Positions 17,332 through 26,540 of a stretch of DNA of 64,000 nt are shown here, piece after piece (the stretch's first letter is position 1; every line of letters begins with the position of its first letter). The DNA comes from a virus: IMG/VR virus record IMGVR_UViG_3300025138_000016; one strand, written 5' to 3'. The position numbers and the translations under genes were made by a program. Below the pieces are notes generated by a model, which saw nothing but the letters and a program-made list of their open reading frames with translations, made no database searches and had not been told where the DNA came from.

Positions 17332-18069
17332 CTATTTATCATAACGAATGCTTTCAAGGTCTTGTTGTCCGCCAAGAGACCCAATGAGATAACGTCTATC
17401 TTGAGTTCCTTTGTGATAAACAGCATGAGTATATCCTATATTTAGGAAGTATACTTTACCGTGCTCTAGATTAAAGGTATTTTCTTCTTTCTTTAACCAA
17501 AATTTATTCTCAACTCCCTCGTTTCCGTCGATAGGAATAATGAATCTAATAGCATATGTTGTATTATAATCTATATGAGGTGTTATTTGTGCACCAGGTT
17601 TCATCTTAGAATATCTTATTCTTATTACTGGTGCTTCAAATAATTCTGTTATATGTTTATGTAGCTCTGAGTCTTTATAGAACTCAGCTGGCTCACCCCA
17701 GTTATATTCATTTAATAAATGCCCAGCTTTACCTGATAACTTATCTTTTGTTCTTATTTTATTACCTAAACTAGCTGTTAGTTTAGCTCTGCCTTCAGCA
17801 TCTTCTGGTACGTCACTAATAATATCTAATTGTGAGTTAATTATTTGTGGTTCACTTGGTCCTGTTAATGCTATATGATCTATTAGATGAAATGTATCAA
17901 CAGCTACTTGTGCATTAGATAATGTAATACCTGGATGAGCTGTAAAGTTATCAAGCCACTGATCATTATTCTCATTCATAAAACGAGTTATAAGTTCCAT
18001 ATCTGGTTTAAGCTGAGGTATCTCAGCACAGAGAGGATAATCAAACTTTTTGTATTTAAGCTTTTCCAT
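17332..18069 (-). CDS. Asp/Asn beta-hydroxylase-like 2OG-Fe(II) oxygenase
   Basis: RIRYSKMKPGAQITPHID (HxD), R-x-x-IP and THAVYH...RRYL. Confidence 0.8.
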   Translation of the reverse strand: MEKLKYKKFDYPLCAEIPQLKPDMELITRFMNENNDQWLDNFTAHPGITLSNAQVAVDTFHLIDHIALTGPSEPQIINSQLDIISDVPEDAEGRAKLTASLGNKIRTKDKLSGKAGHLLNEYNWGEPAEFYKDSELHKHITELFEAPVIRIRYSKMKPGAQITPHIDYNTTYAIRFIIPIDGNEGVENKFWLKKEENTFNLEHGKVYFLNIGYTHAVYHKGTQDRRYLIGSLGGQQDLESIRYDK

Positions 18070-18817
18070 TAAATGCCCTTTCTATAAAGAGGCCTCCGAT
18101 ATCATATTTATGCCACCTATATGATCTTTTATTTGCATCATGATGAGGTTCATGAAAGCCTTCTCCGCCTGATACTAACCCGACCCATACATCAGAATGA
18201 GGCTTGCCTCCTCTATGTGAATAAGAGTATACTAGCGATCCGAATATTTTAGATATACCTGCTGGAGCTAGCCATAGATATATAACTGCAAATGGATCAA
18301 TGGCTAATAATAATAGCATCCATACTATATTAATTTCCCAGAAATACTTATGCTGTAATTTAAATTTGTTATCTCTCAGGAGATCAGTCATAAACTTAAT
18401 CTTAGGAGATGTGAATACTTGTAAGAAGTGAGCATAAAAATATCCTTTATGCGATGGTGAATGTGGGTCTTTATCTGTATCAGTATACTTATGATGCTCT
18501 CTATGATTAGCTACCCATAATGTTGCTGGTCCAACCATCATTATATTAGCAAAGAATAGCATTACATATTCAAACCAAATAGGGCATTTAAACATTCTAT
18601 GTGAGAAATACCTATGATAGCCCACGCTGATACCTATTGTAACAATAAGTTGGTACATTAGTATACATAAACCCCACTGCCATAAGTTGGCATACAGAGC
18701 CATAGGTATAATAGATAGCATAGCTACTACTTGCCCTATGAATAGGGTAACAGGCATTACTGTTTTACCTAACTGCACATTTCCTCTTCTATTTGTTTTA
18801 ATATTGGACATGGCCAT
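18056..18817 (-). CDS. Membrane fatty-acid (delta-9-type) desaturase
   Basis: Three His boxes (HRYFSH, HREHH, GEGFHEPHH), TDKDPHSP and TM helices. Confidence 0.93.
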   Translation of the reverse strand: MAMSNIKTNRRGNVQLGKTVMPVTLFIGQVVAMLSIIPMALYANLWQWGLCILMYQLIVTIGISVGYHRYFSHRMFKCPIWFEYVMLFFANIMMVGPATLWVANHREHHKYTDTDKDPHSPSHKGYFYAHFLQVFTSPKIKFMTDLLRDNKFKLQHKYFWEINIVWMLLLLAIDPFAVIYLWLAPAGISKIFGSLVYSYSHRGGKPHSDVWVGLVSGGEGFHEPHHDANKRSYRWHKYDIGGLFIERAFNGKA

Positions 18818-19641
18818 TCATATTGACCAAATGAATCACATTCAATTACACCTGGCTGCTTATAAGTATGCAACCATTCATCTATATATTTATGTACCGC
18901 GTCATGGGCTTGAGGCGGATTATGATTAAAATGTTTATGAAAAAGTCTTCGAAAATGATCATTATTAGGAGACCATTCTTTACCAGGATGTCGTTCTTTA
19001 AATCCTTTTAAATACTCTTGTCTCTCTTTACCCATTGTACCAGTTTTCATCTTCCATTCAATCATATACATTTTTGGCTTAAGTATTTCAGTTTGCCAAT
19101 GGCTTTCTAAAAATAGATAATTATTTCTTATGAGAAGTCTATCCTGCTCTGATGGTATAACTAATACTGCATGCTTATCATAAGTCCAATTGAAATGATA
19201 TGTTTTCCACATATCTATTCTTTGCTCTTGTGAGGTATATTGTAAGTATAAGTCTTTAAAGTATATAGAAGGATGAGGAGTATCTTTATAATTACTAAAT
19301 GCAGGTCCAAGGTCATTCCATAAGTCACTATGCCATTGATTAAATTTTTCATCTGGAACATTATAAGGTATAGCGTCTACAGGTGCTGGTCTTATTATAA
19401 ACCTATCATATTTGTCTTTACCCTGTGCTTCGTTCTGGCGATATAGTTTTTGCCATACTTTATTAATCCAGCCATTATCACATGACATTCTTGAATATAC
19501 ATCCACAGTATGCCCGTCTTGTCTTAATTTATTAATCCAAGTCTTTTGTTTATCTTGTTCAGTGTATGATGGGTTATACTTAAGAGTTAAGTCCCATTGT
19601 TCTTCATTCACTTTGCTATCACCAAAAACAGCAATTCTCAT
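18769..19641 (-). CDS. Hypothetical protein, SGNH/GDSL-like
   Basis: N-terminal IAVFGDS and C-terminal NHNPPQAH. Confidence 0.55.
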   Translation of the reverse strand: MRIAVFGDSKVNEEQWDLTLKYNPSYTEQDKQKTWINKLRQDGHTVDVYSRMSCDNGWINKVWQKLYRQNEAQGKDKYDRFIIRPAPVDAIPYNVPDEKFNQWHSDLWNDLGPAFSNYKDTPHPSIYFKDLYLQYTSQEQRIDMWKTYHFNWTYDKHAVLVIPSEQDRLLIRNNYLFLESHWQTEILKPKMYMIEWKMKTGTMGKERQEYLKGFKERHPGKEWSPNNDHFRRLFHKHFNHNPPQAHDAVHKYIDEWLHTYKQPGVIECDSFGQYEWPCPILKQIEEEMCS

Positions 19642-19653
19642 AATTTTCCTTTG

Positions 19654-19959
19654 TTAGCAGTTCCACCTTGCTCGTGCTGCTTTACCTCTTTCACCGTTCC
19701 ATCCTTTACTACGTGCGCAAAATGATTTACGTCTTCCAGCTGCCTTACTGCCTTTCTTCAGTTTACTAGGAGCTGTTGTTACAGCTGTCTTAAGATTACC
19801 GCCTGTACGTCTATTATACTTAGCGACACCTTTAGCTGTCATTCCTGCACCGCTCTTGGTACTTCTTTTATCACCTGATTTTTGAGACATGCCTGACATG
19901 TCCTCAATGTTAAGGGACACCCTTGCTTGCTCAGAAAGATATCCCTTAAACGTAAGCAT
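19654..19959 (-). CDS. Basic conserved phage protein with capsid-targeting-like N-terminus
   Basis: Likely start MLTFKGYLSE, coupled to the upstream stop; GMTAKGVAKY...RRKSFCAR...RWNC domain. Confidence 0.75.
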   Translation of the reverse strand: MLTFKGYLSEQARVSLNIEDMSGMSQKSGDKRSTKSGAGMTAKGVAKYNRRTGGNLKTAVTTAPSKLKKGSKAAGRRKSFCARSKGWNGERGKAARARWNC

Positions 19960-20150
19960 TACTTCTTCCAGCTCTCTTCTTTCCAGAAAGTGAAAATACC
20001 ATATGCTAATGCGACCCAAGCCATCCAGTCAATCATCCCGCCGAATATAATCCATGCAAGTGACATCCCGATAATAACTCCACCGTCCCAAGTAGTCCTT
20101 TCAGACCATCTAGCCATAATCCAGCTCTTTGCGATATTTAATAAATCCAT
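19959..20150 (-). CDS. Small two-TM membrane protein
   Basis: ERTTWDG followed by two hydrophobic helices; GGAGGA RBS. Confidence 0.75.
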   Translation of the reverse strand: MDLLNIAKSWIMARWSERTTWDGGVIIGMSLAWIIFGGMIDWMAWVALAYGIFTFWKEESWKK

Positions 20151-20178
20151 ATCGTCCTCCGTTTTATTTATTTAGCTG

Positions 20179-21126
20179 TTAATCCTCATAGATATATTCA
20201 GCATTGGGCATAATAGTCATATTAATAAGGAGAAACCTAAGATCCTCTTCTACCCAATGAGTTGTTCTCGTCAACGCTCCGCCTTTTAATTCATCCACCC
20301 ATGCCTGTAAGTCATAGAAGAATTCTTTATTAACGGGTTTGACGTCTTCATCAATCCAATAAGATAGATCTTTATTTCTATCCTTATAAAAATCATGAAC
20401 TTGTTGACCAAATCTTAGTCTAGCCTCATCGCCTAAGTGCTTCATATCTTCTGCTATAGGAAGACCGAAACCTTTACACCATGATATAGGTAAACTTGTA
20501 CAACCCCAAGTAAGTAATGCATCAGCTCTATCATTTAACTCTTTTGGAAAGTTCTGTAGCTTTCTTAAAGGCCAATTAAATATATCACGACTGTTTATTT
20601 TATCTAAATCGTTACTGTACTTAGCGTCATTATGTTTTCTACCCAGCTCAAATATTTCAGGATGTTCAGTTGTTATTGCAACATATTCGAGTCCATGCTC
20701 TTTACATTTCTCTTGTACATCAAGCATAAATGGTACTGTTCTAGCTAGTCCTTTCCACCATTCTTTTATTACTTCGTCAAAATTTGCACAATCACGAGTA
20801 ATAAAGGCTTGGTTCTTTTCTTTTGCTTTTCTTTCTGAATGTGACCAATGTATAAAAACTTTTACATTATTGGCTTTAATTAAATTAGGTAGAGTGTCTA
20901 TGAAATCTTGATATATCTCTTCATTGCTCTTAGCAACAGTTGCCATATTATAGAAAGGATATTTGCGTGCATCTAAGCAACCATTGAAAGGTTCGTTCTT
21001 ATCTATGTTACCGTCTTTACCGACGTATGGATTAATAGTATTAACCCACATAGTTTTTCGGGATAGATGACAATGACCTGCCATGTAGGAGCAACCATCG
21101 AAATAATATAGCTCGTCATACATCAT
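20179..21126 (-). CDS. Hypothetical protein, SGNH-like
   Basis: FDGCSY N-terminal block, SNEEI, IHWS-x-x-ER and D-x-x-H (DMKHLG). Confidence 0.55.
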   Translation of the reverse strand: MMYDELYYFDGCSYMAGHCHLSRKTMWVNTINPYVGKDGNIDKNEPFNGCLDARKYPFYNMATVAKSNEEIYQDFIDTLPNLIKANNVKVFIHWSHSERKAKEKNQAFITRDCANFDEVIKEWWKGLARTVPFMLDVQEKCKEHGLEYVAITTEHPEIFELGRKHNDAKYSNDLDKINSRDIFNWPLRKLQNFPKELNDRADALLTWGCTSLPISWCKGFGLPIAEDMKHLGDEARLRFGQQVHDFYKDRNKDLSYWIDEDVKPVNKEFFYDLQAWVDELKGGALTRTTHWVEEDLRFLLINMTIMPNAEYIYED

Positions 21127-21135
21127 AAAGATATA

Positions 21136-23997
21136 TTAGTGCTTTGTTATCGGGTGATTGTCGCCGCCATACTTATCTGATCTTTCACCATCTGATTTGT
21201 AAGCGTTTTTCTTAGTAGGTTGACGTGTAGGAGTACCGTCAGTAGTTTTTTTAGTTTTAGACTTTTTATAAACCCATTCTGGATAACGTCTATCACCTTC
21301 TGATTTCTTTTCTTTAGAAGCTTGATCGTCGTCTTTCTTATAGAGGTCTTGTTTCTGTCTTAGTCTATAAACTTTAGGCTTACTTGATTTGAAGCTTAAG
21401 TGTTGTCTAGTTTTTTGAATACCTTTTCTTGGAGTTTCAGCATCAAATACAGCTTCTTTAAAAGTAGATATATTTGGTTTATGAATGCCGTCTTTATATG
21501 GAGTACCATCAACAGCTACTTCATACTTGCCGCCTTGACCTGGTGTACCCATTTCGTATCTTTTTCTTAATGCATCAGTACCCATAAGACCAGCTGTCTC
21601 ACTCATTTCTTTTTTACGTGACTTAACTAGCTTTGCTATCTCAGCTTTAGACATATTACCGCCTTTAACTTCAATATAGTCTTTAACATCTCCGCCTTCT
21701 TTAATAGACATGTTTGGGTTAGGTCTTACGTTAGGATTAAGAGGTGCTTTTTTCTTATCTTTCATACCTTTTAATCTTTTGCTTCTATCGTCTTCTTGAT
21801 CTCTTTTAGCTTGCTGAATAATATGCTCTGGCTCGCCTGAATAAGACTCTTTCTCAAATTTTGGATTTTGCTTGCCTTTATATTTTGGATTACCTGGTAT
21901 TGGTTTAACTGCATACTTCTTAGAAGCGTTGTTAATATCTGCTGCAGATACATGAGATGGTCCTTTGACTCTCATTCTACCTGTAATCTCATCTTTCTTT
22001 AATTCTTCTGAAACTTTGGCTTTTTGGTCACGCTTTGCATTCAGTTTATCAGTAGCTTGATTCATACTCTTAACACGCTTCTTAGAGGCTTGTAATTTTG
22101 AATCAGCTCTATTGTAATTGCCACCATCATATGCTCGCTGAGCATCTCTATGTTTGGTGCTAGCATCTTTTAATGCTTTATCTCTATATGAGTTTAATGT
22201 ATCACTAGATAGCTCATCTAACTGATCTTGAAGATCAGGAGAGGAGACTTTTAATTCTTCGTTATGATGCATGTTTAGTTTCCAATGGGCTAGTTTCTTA
22301 GCTCCTGGAGAACCTGTAGAACGAATCTTTTTAAGTTCTGCTTTTGTTGCATCTTTTGGAACACCATGTCTATTTAATTCAAATAGAGCGTCAGCGTCAG
22401 TTTTACCTTTAGCAATAGCTTCATTTACTCTTTTAAAGCCTGCTTGCTCAGCTGAGCCTTCACCGTCATAACTAATATGACCGTCTGTATAGTATTCAAT
22501 AATTGATTTAATTGATAGGTTAGACTTCTCAGCTTTCTCTATTAAAGAGTTTAAAGCTTTATCACTTAACTGATATGACTCATGAGTGATTATTTCACCG
22601 TGCTCTAATTGATCGCCATGAGATTGAGCAGTTGAGTTATCTTTCTTAGCTTTTTTAGCTGCTAATTCTGCTTTTTTCTTTTTAGCATAAGCCATGTATT
22701 CTTTGTAACCTTGCTGACCATGGACTATTTTATCACCAGTATAGCCTCCAGAAGGTCTTCCATATGCAGGTCCACTTAAACCATCATTATTATTCTTTAT
22801 TACTGACTCTGCTGCATCTTTAAAATCTTGCTTAGTTGGTGCACCTTTAGAACCAGGCTTACGCATTGGTCTGCCTTCTTTTCTTTTCTTATGGATATTA
22901 TGCCAAAGACCAGCACCTTCAGATAGCATTGTTTCAAAATTTGAATTAATATTCTCTGCAGCTTCTCTAAATGATTTAAATCTTGAAAATTCTTTTCTTC
23001 TTGTTTGTGGAAGTAATCTTGATGATAGCTTAGAGATAATGTTCTTACGAGCTCTTACTCTGCGATCAATACTTGACTTCTCTTGAGCTGATAATTTAGA
23101 GTATGATTTTCCTCTACCACCAGCCAAACGATTTCTCATGATTCTAATTGAAGCACGAGCCGTTCTTTTCTTTAACCTAGGATTAAGAGCTATACGTCTT
23201 TGTACTCTCTTTCTTGCGATCTTCAGCCTGGATTTATATTTCCTGGCTGCTACGGCCTTTTTTCTTCGGCCCGCCACGGACAATACGCCCGCTTCATCTA
23301 GGTAAGTTTCGAATATTTTGTTTAGTTCTTCTGACAAGTTCATTCCCTCTCTTATCATATTTATAATAACTTCAGCTGAGGCATGAAGTTGCGAAGGAAG
23401 ACCTTCTCTAAATTCTGTTAAATTGCCTTCTACAGCCAGCTCACGCATCTTAGATGCTGACATACCTTCTATGCCATCTGAGTCTGGATCACGTAGACCA
23501 GCATTGACTACTTGCATACTTTCGTAATGAAAGTCTTTACCATTATAGGTAGATGTTATTCGTTCTAGGTCTTTAATTCTATCTTCGCCTACAACAACAA
23601 TAACGTTTTTAAAATTCTTATTAACTTCGATAAGCATATCGAACATATTCTTAGCATTCGATTCAGCTACAAATTCTTCACCAAAGGCTTTCTTAACTAG
23701 CGATAGTTTTTCTTCGTAAGCGAGTGGATTCTTTTTAGGATCGTAAGAGTGAGACAGGAAGATTAACGGCTGCGCCCTTTCATCTAGGGATATGGAGAGC
23801 ATTTTTTCAACTAAGGCTAAATGTCCCACGGTGGGTGGATTCATTCGCCCGAAGGTTACGACTGCGGTATCGGTAATTGCTTCAGAAAAATTCATGCCAG
23901 ACTTTTTTTCACGTGTATGTGCAGGGTTGAGAACAATTTCGTCTTTTGGCTTGCCTGATGCAGTAGTTGAAACTTTACTTTTTAATGCTTTTTTCAT
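21136..23997 (-). CDS. HxGH-type nucleotidyltransferase (cytidylyltransferase/NadD-like) fused to a long basic modular tail
   Basis: TFGRMNPPTVGH, KKNPL, VVGEDR and MSASKMRE in the first ~220 aa, then ~730 aa of basic modules. Confidence 0.85.
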   Translation of the reverse strand: MKKALKSKVSTTASGKPKDEIVLNPAHTREKKSGMNFSEAITDTAVVTFGRMNPPTVGHLALVEKMLSISLDERAQPLIFLSHSYDPKKNPLAYEEKLSLVKKAFGEEFVAESNAKNMFDMLIEVNKNFKNVIVVVGEDRIKDLERITSTYNGKDFHYESMQVVNAGLRDPDSDGIEGMSASKMRELAVEGNLTEFREGLPSQLHASAEVIINMIREGMNLSEELNKIFETYLDEAGVLSVAGRRKKAVAARKYKSRLKIARKRVQRRIALNPRLKKRTARASIRIMRNRLAGGRGKSYSKLSAQEKSSIDRRVRARKNIISKLSSRLLPQTRRKEFSRFKSFREAAENINSNFETMLSEGAGLWHNIHKKRKEGRPMRKPGSKGAPTKQDFKDAAESVIKNNNDGLSGPAYGRPSGGYTGDKIVHGQQGYKEYMAYAKKKKAELAAKKAKKDNSTAQSHGDQLEHGEIITHESYQLSDKALNSLIEKAEKSNLSIKSIIEYYTDGHISYDGEGSAEQAGFKRVNEAIAKGKTDADALFELNRHGVPKDATKAELKKIRSTGSPGAKKLAHWKLNMHHNEELKVSSPDLQDQLDELSSDTLNSYRDKALKDASTKHRDAQRAYDGGNYNRADSKLQASKKRVKSMNQATDKLNAKRDQKAKVSEELKKDEITGRMRVKGPSHVSAADINNASKKYAVKPIPGNPKYKGKQNPKFEKESYSGEPEHIIQQAKRDQEDDRSKRLKGMKDKKKAPLNPNVRPNPNMSIKEGGDVKDYIEVKGGNMSKAEIAKLVKSRKKEMSETAGLMGTDALRKRYEMGTPGQGGKYEVAVDGTPYKDGIHKPNISTFKEAVFDAETPRKGIQKTRQHLSFKSSKPKVYRLRQKQDLYKKDDDQASKEKKSEGDRRYPEWVYKKSKTKKTTDGTPTRQPTKKNAYKSDGERSDKYGGDNHPITKH

Positions 23998-24072
23998 AAT
24001 TTTGTTTCCAGGGTTTGTATTTAACCTTACCTGTCTCGAGTATATTTAGCTTTATTATAGCGTCAAACACAG

Positions 24073-24432
24073 TTAAAGTCCAGTTATTTGTTCCCAATCT
24101 TCTGACTCTTCTTTTGCTTCTTCTATCTGCTTGAGCTGCAGTTTAGTTAGTTTAAGTCCATTACTAATCATCTCGTCAGCACTGCTTATACCACAGTCTA
24201 ACATCTTCTCTAAGTTGATACGTATACCTCTATGACTAATAGACCTATTAACACCTCTTTTAAACACAAGCTCTGAGTCTATAGAGTAATCGAATACCAT
24301 TTCTTCAGCATCGCTATACCCAAGTTTCTTAACCCATTTCTCTACAACAGACCAATTTATAGTAGTAGCCATGATAGCTTTCTTAACGAAGTCTACCGAT
24401 GATTGGTCATTAAAGTTAATTTCTTGTGTCAT
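24073..24432 (-). CDS. Hypothetical protein
   Basis: 119-aa ORF overlapping the end of the upstream gene. Confidence 0.65.
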   Translation of the reverse strand: MTQEINFNDQSSVDFVKKAIMATTINWSVVEKWVKKLGYSDAEEMVFDYSIDSELVFKRGVNRSISHRGIRINLEKMLDCGISSADEMISNGLKLTKLQLKQIEEAKEESEDWEQITGL

Positions 24433-25618
24433 TATTCCATCCTTTAATAATAGTATCAGAGAAGTTAGCGTAACTAAACTCTAATCTATCTACTAATTTA
24501 ACAGCGTTACCATTACTAATAGCAACGTATCCTTCTTCTCCAGTTAGTTTATATCCTTTAGAAGTCTTAAGAAACGTTTTAAGCTTAGCAGCATTATTCA
24601 GCTTCTTAATAATAAGTAACTTAGCATCAACTAAGAGTTTTTGCAACTCGAAGATAGGCTGTAACTTCATAGGAGAACAAGAAGCAAGAAACAGAACGTT
24701 CGCTAAGGTATCTTCTTTCTTCTCTTTACCCTTATCGGTTTTAAGAGCATCGATTTCTTTCGCAGCTCTATCTTTTAAAAACCTTTGCAAGGAGTTAACA
24801 TGCTTACGACTATCGGTTACAATATTACCATCACGTACCATTAAGTTATAATGTATCTTTATCATACTTACGCAATGCTTATCTAAAGCTATATTATTAA
24901 GTAACCTAGAGTCTATCTTTTTAAACACTTTACCAGCATTAGAGAGTATCTCAGTTACTTCTTTATTTTCATTCTTAGTGAATGTAGCCGTACCTGATAC
25001 ATCATGATAGTTAGCATCTATCATAAAGACGTTTTTAAGTTTATTAACCATGTTAATATTGAAATCGTAATCAGCATTATTATCATCGTATACAGTATGC
25101 CAAACTATACCTAGAGCACTCTTTAATATACTTTGACCTAGAGCAGATTTTTTAGGTACTGCGTACACAATAGTATTAGGGTGAAATAATATCATCTCTT
25201 CACCATCGATAGTAGTAATATGCAAGTCCTTATTAGTAAATAATAGATCACCTTGAATTACTTTATCGCATTTAAGATCTTTAAGATAGTATAAGCATGC
25301 ATTAAGTTTATATTTTAAGTCCTCAGGAATATCAGCTTTATTAATATCTGATACAGATTGATAATACTTAGAATCTTTACTAAAGTATGATTTAGTAGCT
25401 ACAAAGAGCTTACCTTCTTTTCTACCTACAATAACAGCTGGTGCACCATCCCACTTAACAGTAGTATTGACTGCTTGAGTAGAATCACCGCTTAGCATAT
25501 TACGTAATGATTGCAGAAACTTAATAGAGTCACGAGCGCCGACTACGCCATTATTAATAACGTTATCTTCTAAATGCTCCATATGTTTATTCGGACTTGA
25601 AATCATATTTAAATTCAC
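24416..25618 (-). CDS. Conserved phage protein with ligase-type KxDG motif
   Basis: HMEHLED, TVKWDGAPA, IQGDLLF, FHPNTIVY, EEGYV and VKLVDRLEFS line up with covalent nucleotidyltransferase motifs I, III, IV and V. Confidence 0.7.
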   Translation of the reverse strand: MNLNMISSPNKHMEHLEDNVINNGVVGARDSIKFLQSLRNMLSGDSTQAVNTTVKWDGAPAVIVGRKEGKLFVATKSYFSKDSKYYQSVSDINKADIPEDLKYKLNACLYYLKDLKCDKVIQGDLLFTNKDLHITTIDGEEMILFHPNTIVYAVPKKSALGQSILKSALGIVWHTVYDDNNADYDFNINMVNKLKNVFMIDANYHDVSGTATFTKNENKEVTEILSNAGKVFKKIDSRLLNNIALDKHCVSMIKIHYNLMVRDGNIVTDSRKHVNSLQRFLKDRAAKEIDALKTDKGKEKKEDTLANVLFLASCSPMKLQPIFELQKLLVDAKLLIIKKLNNAAKLKTFLKTSKGYKLTGEEGYVAISNGNAVKLVDRLEFSYANFSDTIIKGWNNDTRN

Positions 25619-26198
25619 TCCATGTTGGCCACTTAATTGACCTGCTTCTATTTACAACCGTAGTAGATGAGCACTTATGCTTCTTTGCTGCTTCATGCTT
25701 ATCTGAATACATTATAGTATCTATTTCATAATAGTACAACTTATGCCCGAACATACCTGGATCTTCTACCAGCTCAATACCAGCATTAGCATACTCAATT
25801 TCCCATTCCTCAATTGACTCGTCTTGCTGATAAGGTCTTAATATAATATTCTCATATTCTTCTACGTAATGTACTTTACGACCTTCTTCGATAATATCAT
25901 TTAAAGCTTCTTGAGTTAATTCATCTCTTAAATATACACCAACGATCTCTCTACAGGTTTTAGTTCTAGTTTTAAAATGCTCATGCGTTACTTTAGACTT
26001 TCTATATGTACGTCCAGTCGGCTCATGAGTCCATAATAACTTCTTTGATACTAATCCAGAAGGAATAGACGCAAGATCACCAAAAGCAAGCATTGCAGCT
26101 CTAGCCCATTCTTTATCACCTATATGCCCATCTTTGACGGCTGGTAATAGATAATTACAAAAGGCAATAAAACCTTTTTTAGTTACCGTCTTTGACAT
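25587..26198 (-). CDS. Hypothetical protein with C-terminal NUMOD1-like HTH
   Basis: C-terminal IDTIMYSDKHEAAKKHKCSSTTVVNR resembles homing-endonuclease DNA-binding modules; THEH motif upstream. Confidence 0.55.
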   Translation of the reverse strand: MSKTVTKKGFIAFCNYLLPAVKDGHIGDKEWARAAMLAFGDLASIPSGLVSKKLLWTHEPTGRTYRKSKVTHEHFKTRTKTCREIVGVYLRDELTQEALNDIIEEGRKVHYVEEYENIILRPYQQDESIEEWEIEYANAGIELVEDPGMFGHKLYYYEIDTIMYSDKHEAAKKHKCSSTTVVNRSRSIKWPTWSEFKYDFKSE

Positions 26199-26349
26199 TT
26201 AAAATATCCTTGACTTGATCTAGAGTATACCATAAGGAATTAAATACTCTAGTACTAGATTGATCTTCAATAACATACCTTTTTATCCCATCGGGAGATC
26301 TATCCAGTAATATTATTCCATTTTCATTCGAAAACTCAACTAAGCGCAT
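26179..26349 (-). CDS. Small hypothetical protein (56 aa)
   Basis: Not in the ORF track. MRLVEFSNENGIILLDRSPDGIKRYVIEDQSSTRVFNSLWYTLDQVKDILNVKDGN fills the gap and overlaps both neighbours. Confidence 0.6.
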   Translation of the reverse strand: MRLVEFSNENGIILLDRSPDGIKRYVIEDQSSTRVFNSLWYTLDQVKDILNVKDGN

Positions 26350-26539
26350 TTTCCCAAAGCTCTATCTCTTCTTCGCCGATACCTTGGATAATAGTATCCC
26401 TATCGTCATCAGCATGAAGGTTATGCTCTATACCGTATTCATTTATTCTTTGATCCAGCTTTAGATCACCAGCATTATCGAGATCATATAGTTCATCTAT
26501 AATACCTTCTTCCATTACGTCTTTCATTAGTACGCTCAT
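26336..26539 (-). CDS. Small acidic hypothetical protein
   Basis: 67 aa, strongly D/E-rich; GGAG RBS. Confidence 0.7.
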   Translation of the reverse strand: MSVLMKDVMEEGIIDELYDLDNAGDLKLDQRINEYGIEHNLHADDDRDTIIQGIGEEEIELWENALS

Positions 26540-26540
26540 A

